From an uncultured Atribacterota bacterium (GTDB lineage: Bacteria; Atribacterota; Atribacteria; Atribacterales; Atribacteraceae), in contig CAYSWT010000006.1 in NCBI GenBank assembly GCA_964434845.1, positions 1 to 38,792 on the forward strand: a stretch of DNA of 38,792 nt, written 5' to 3'. Positions 38,564 to 38,792 of the stretch are shown piece by piece; positions within the stretch are counted from its first letter, which is position 1; every line of letters begins with the position of its first letter. The notes beneath the pieces are model-generated. The model was not told the DNA's origin, ran no database searches, and saw only the letters and a list, made by a program, of their open reading frames with translations. A program made the position numbers and the translations under genes.

Positions 38564-38652
38564 CAGGATAGACCCTCATGCCACGTTGTGACACCATGTG
38601 AGTATGGAAACACCAAAATGTTGAGGTGTTGAGAGGTTGAGGTGTTGAGTTG
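38564..38652 (+). repeat. Copy 5 of the structured repeat family, with four tandem GTTGAGnn octamers (38620-38651)
   Basis: caGGATAGACCCTCATGCC-ACGTTGTGAC-ACCATGTGAGTATGGAAACACCAAAATGTTGAGGTGTTGAGAGGTTGAGGTGTTGAGTTGG. Near-identical to copy 1 (reverse complement) at the other end of the window. Confidence 0.85.
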
Positions 38653-38712
38653 GAAAAAAGCTAATGGAGAAAATTTTTTTACGACTCACTCCTCATGACT
38701 CACGGAATTTCC

Positions 38713-38775
38713 AGGATAGACCCTCATGCCGCATAGCGGCACTAGATGAGAATGAAAACTTTGAGGGTCTATCCT
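38713..38775 (+). repeat. Copy 6 of the structured repeat family: compact 63-bp version with 14-bp perfect terminal inverted repeats AGGATAGACCCTCA / TGAGGGTCTATCCT
   Basis: aGGATAGACCCTCATGCC-GCATAGCGGC-ACTAGATGAGAATGAAAACTT-TGAGGGTCTATCCt. Confidence 0.85.
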
Positions 38776-38792
38776 TTCAGTTTTAGTCTTTT

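Noticed and set aside
38620-38651. GTTGAG tandem repeats as a possible CRISPR array
   Set aside because: The period is 8 nt with no spacers, and there are only four units. This is not CRISPR architecture, and no cas genes are present.

Overview
This is an AT-rich (~40% GC) bacterial chromosomal segment, densely coded on both strands with about 40 protein genes. I found no rRNA, tRNA or CRISPR.

Gene blocks, from left to right:
- A minus-strand operon: cytidylate-kinase-like protein / Hpt / HisC-family aminotransferase / HAD phosphatase / a 42-aa zinc-ribbon ORF / class II (B12-dependent) ribonucleotide reductase NrdJ.
- A redoxin.
- larB-larC (nickel-pincer cofactor synthesis).
- A complete livKHMGF branched-chain amino-acid ABC transporter operon, with an attenuator-type terminator after livK.
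- A flavodoxin.
- A URO-D-family protein.
- A PAS/HD-GYP phosphodiesterase.
- A large polytopic membrane protein next to a 719-aa secreted Ig-like/PKD/MORN-repeat surface protein.
- A classical family-1 encapsulin operon (EncFtn cargo with a C-terminal targeting peptide, plus shell protein).
- A secreted VanX-type M15 D-Ala-D-Ala dipeptidase with two translationally coupled secreted DUF4139-like paralogs.
- A copper-handling locus.
- A GNAT-like protein, a DUF2284 protein, a small hypothetical protein and a xylose-isomerase-like TIM-barrel protein.

The copper locus is unusual. A P1B ATPase (CopA-like, two HMA domains) carries an extra transmembrane helix and a tandem-duplicated ~110-aa C-terminal domain that I do not recognise. 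Divergently transcribed from it is a fusion protein (HMA domain, Cys-containing membrane domain, cupredoxin-like domain) plus two small secreted Cys-motif proteins.

The other feature that annotation would not explain is a family of 60-110 bp intergenic structured repeats. Six copies lie in 38.8 kb; the window begins inside one and ends with two. They share a conserved core (AGGATAGACCnnCATGCC, a small hairpin with compensatory changes, ACCAT.TGAGg.ATGAAAAC). Some have 14-15 bp terminal inverted repeats (MITE-like). Some carry tandem GTTGAGnn octamers. All carry an SD-like GAGG just upstream of ATGAAAA.

All calls rest on reading the sequence and remembered family motifs. No database search was possible.
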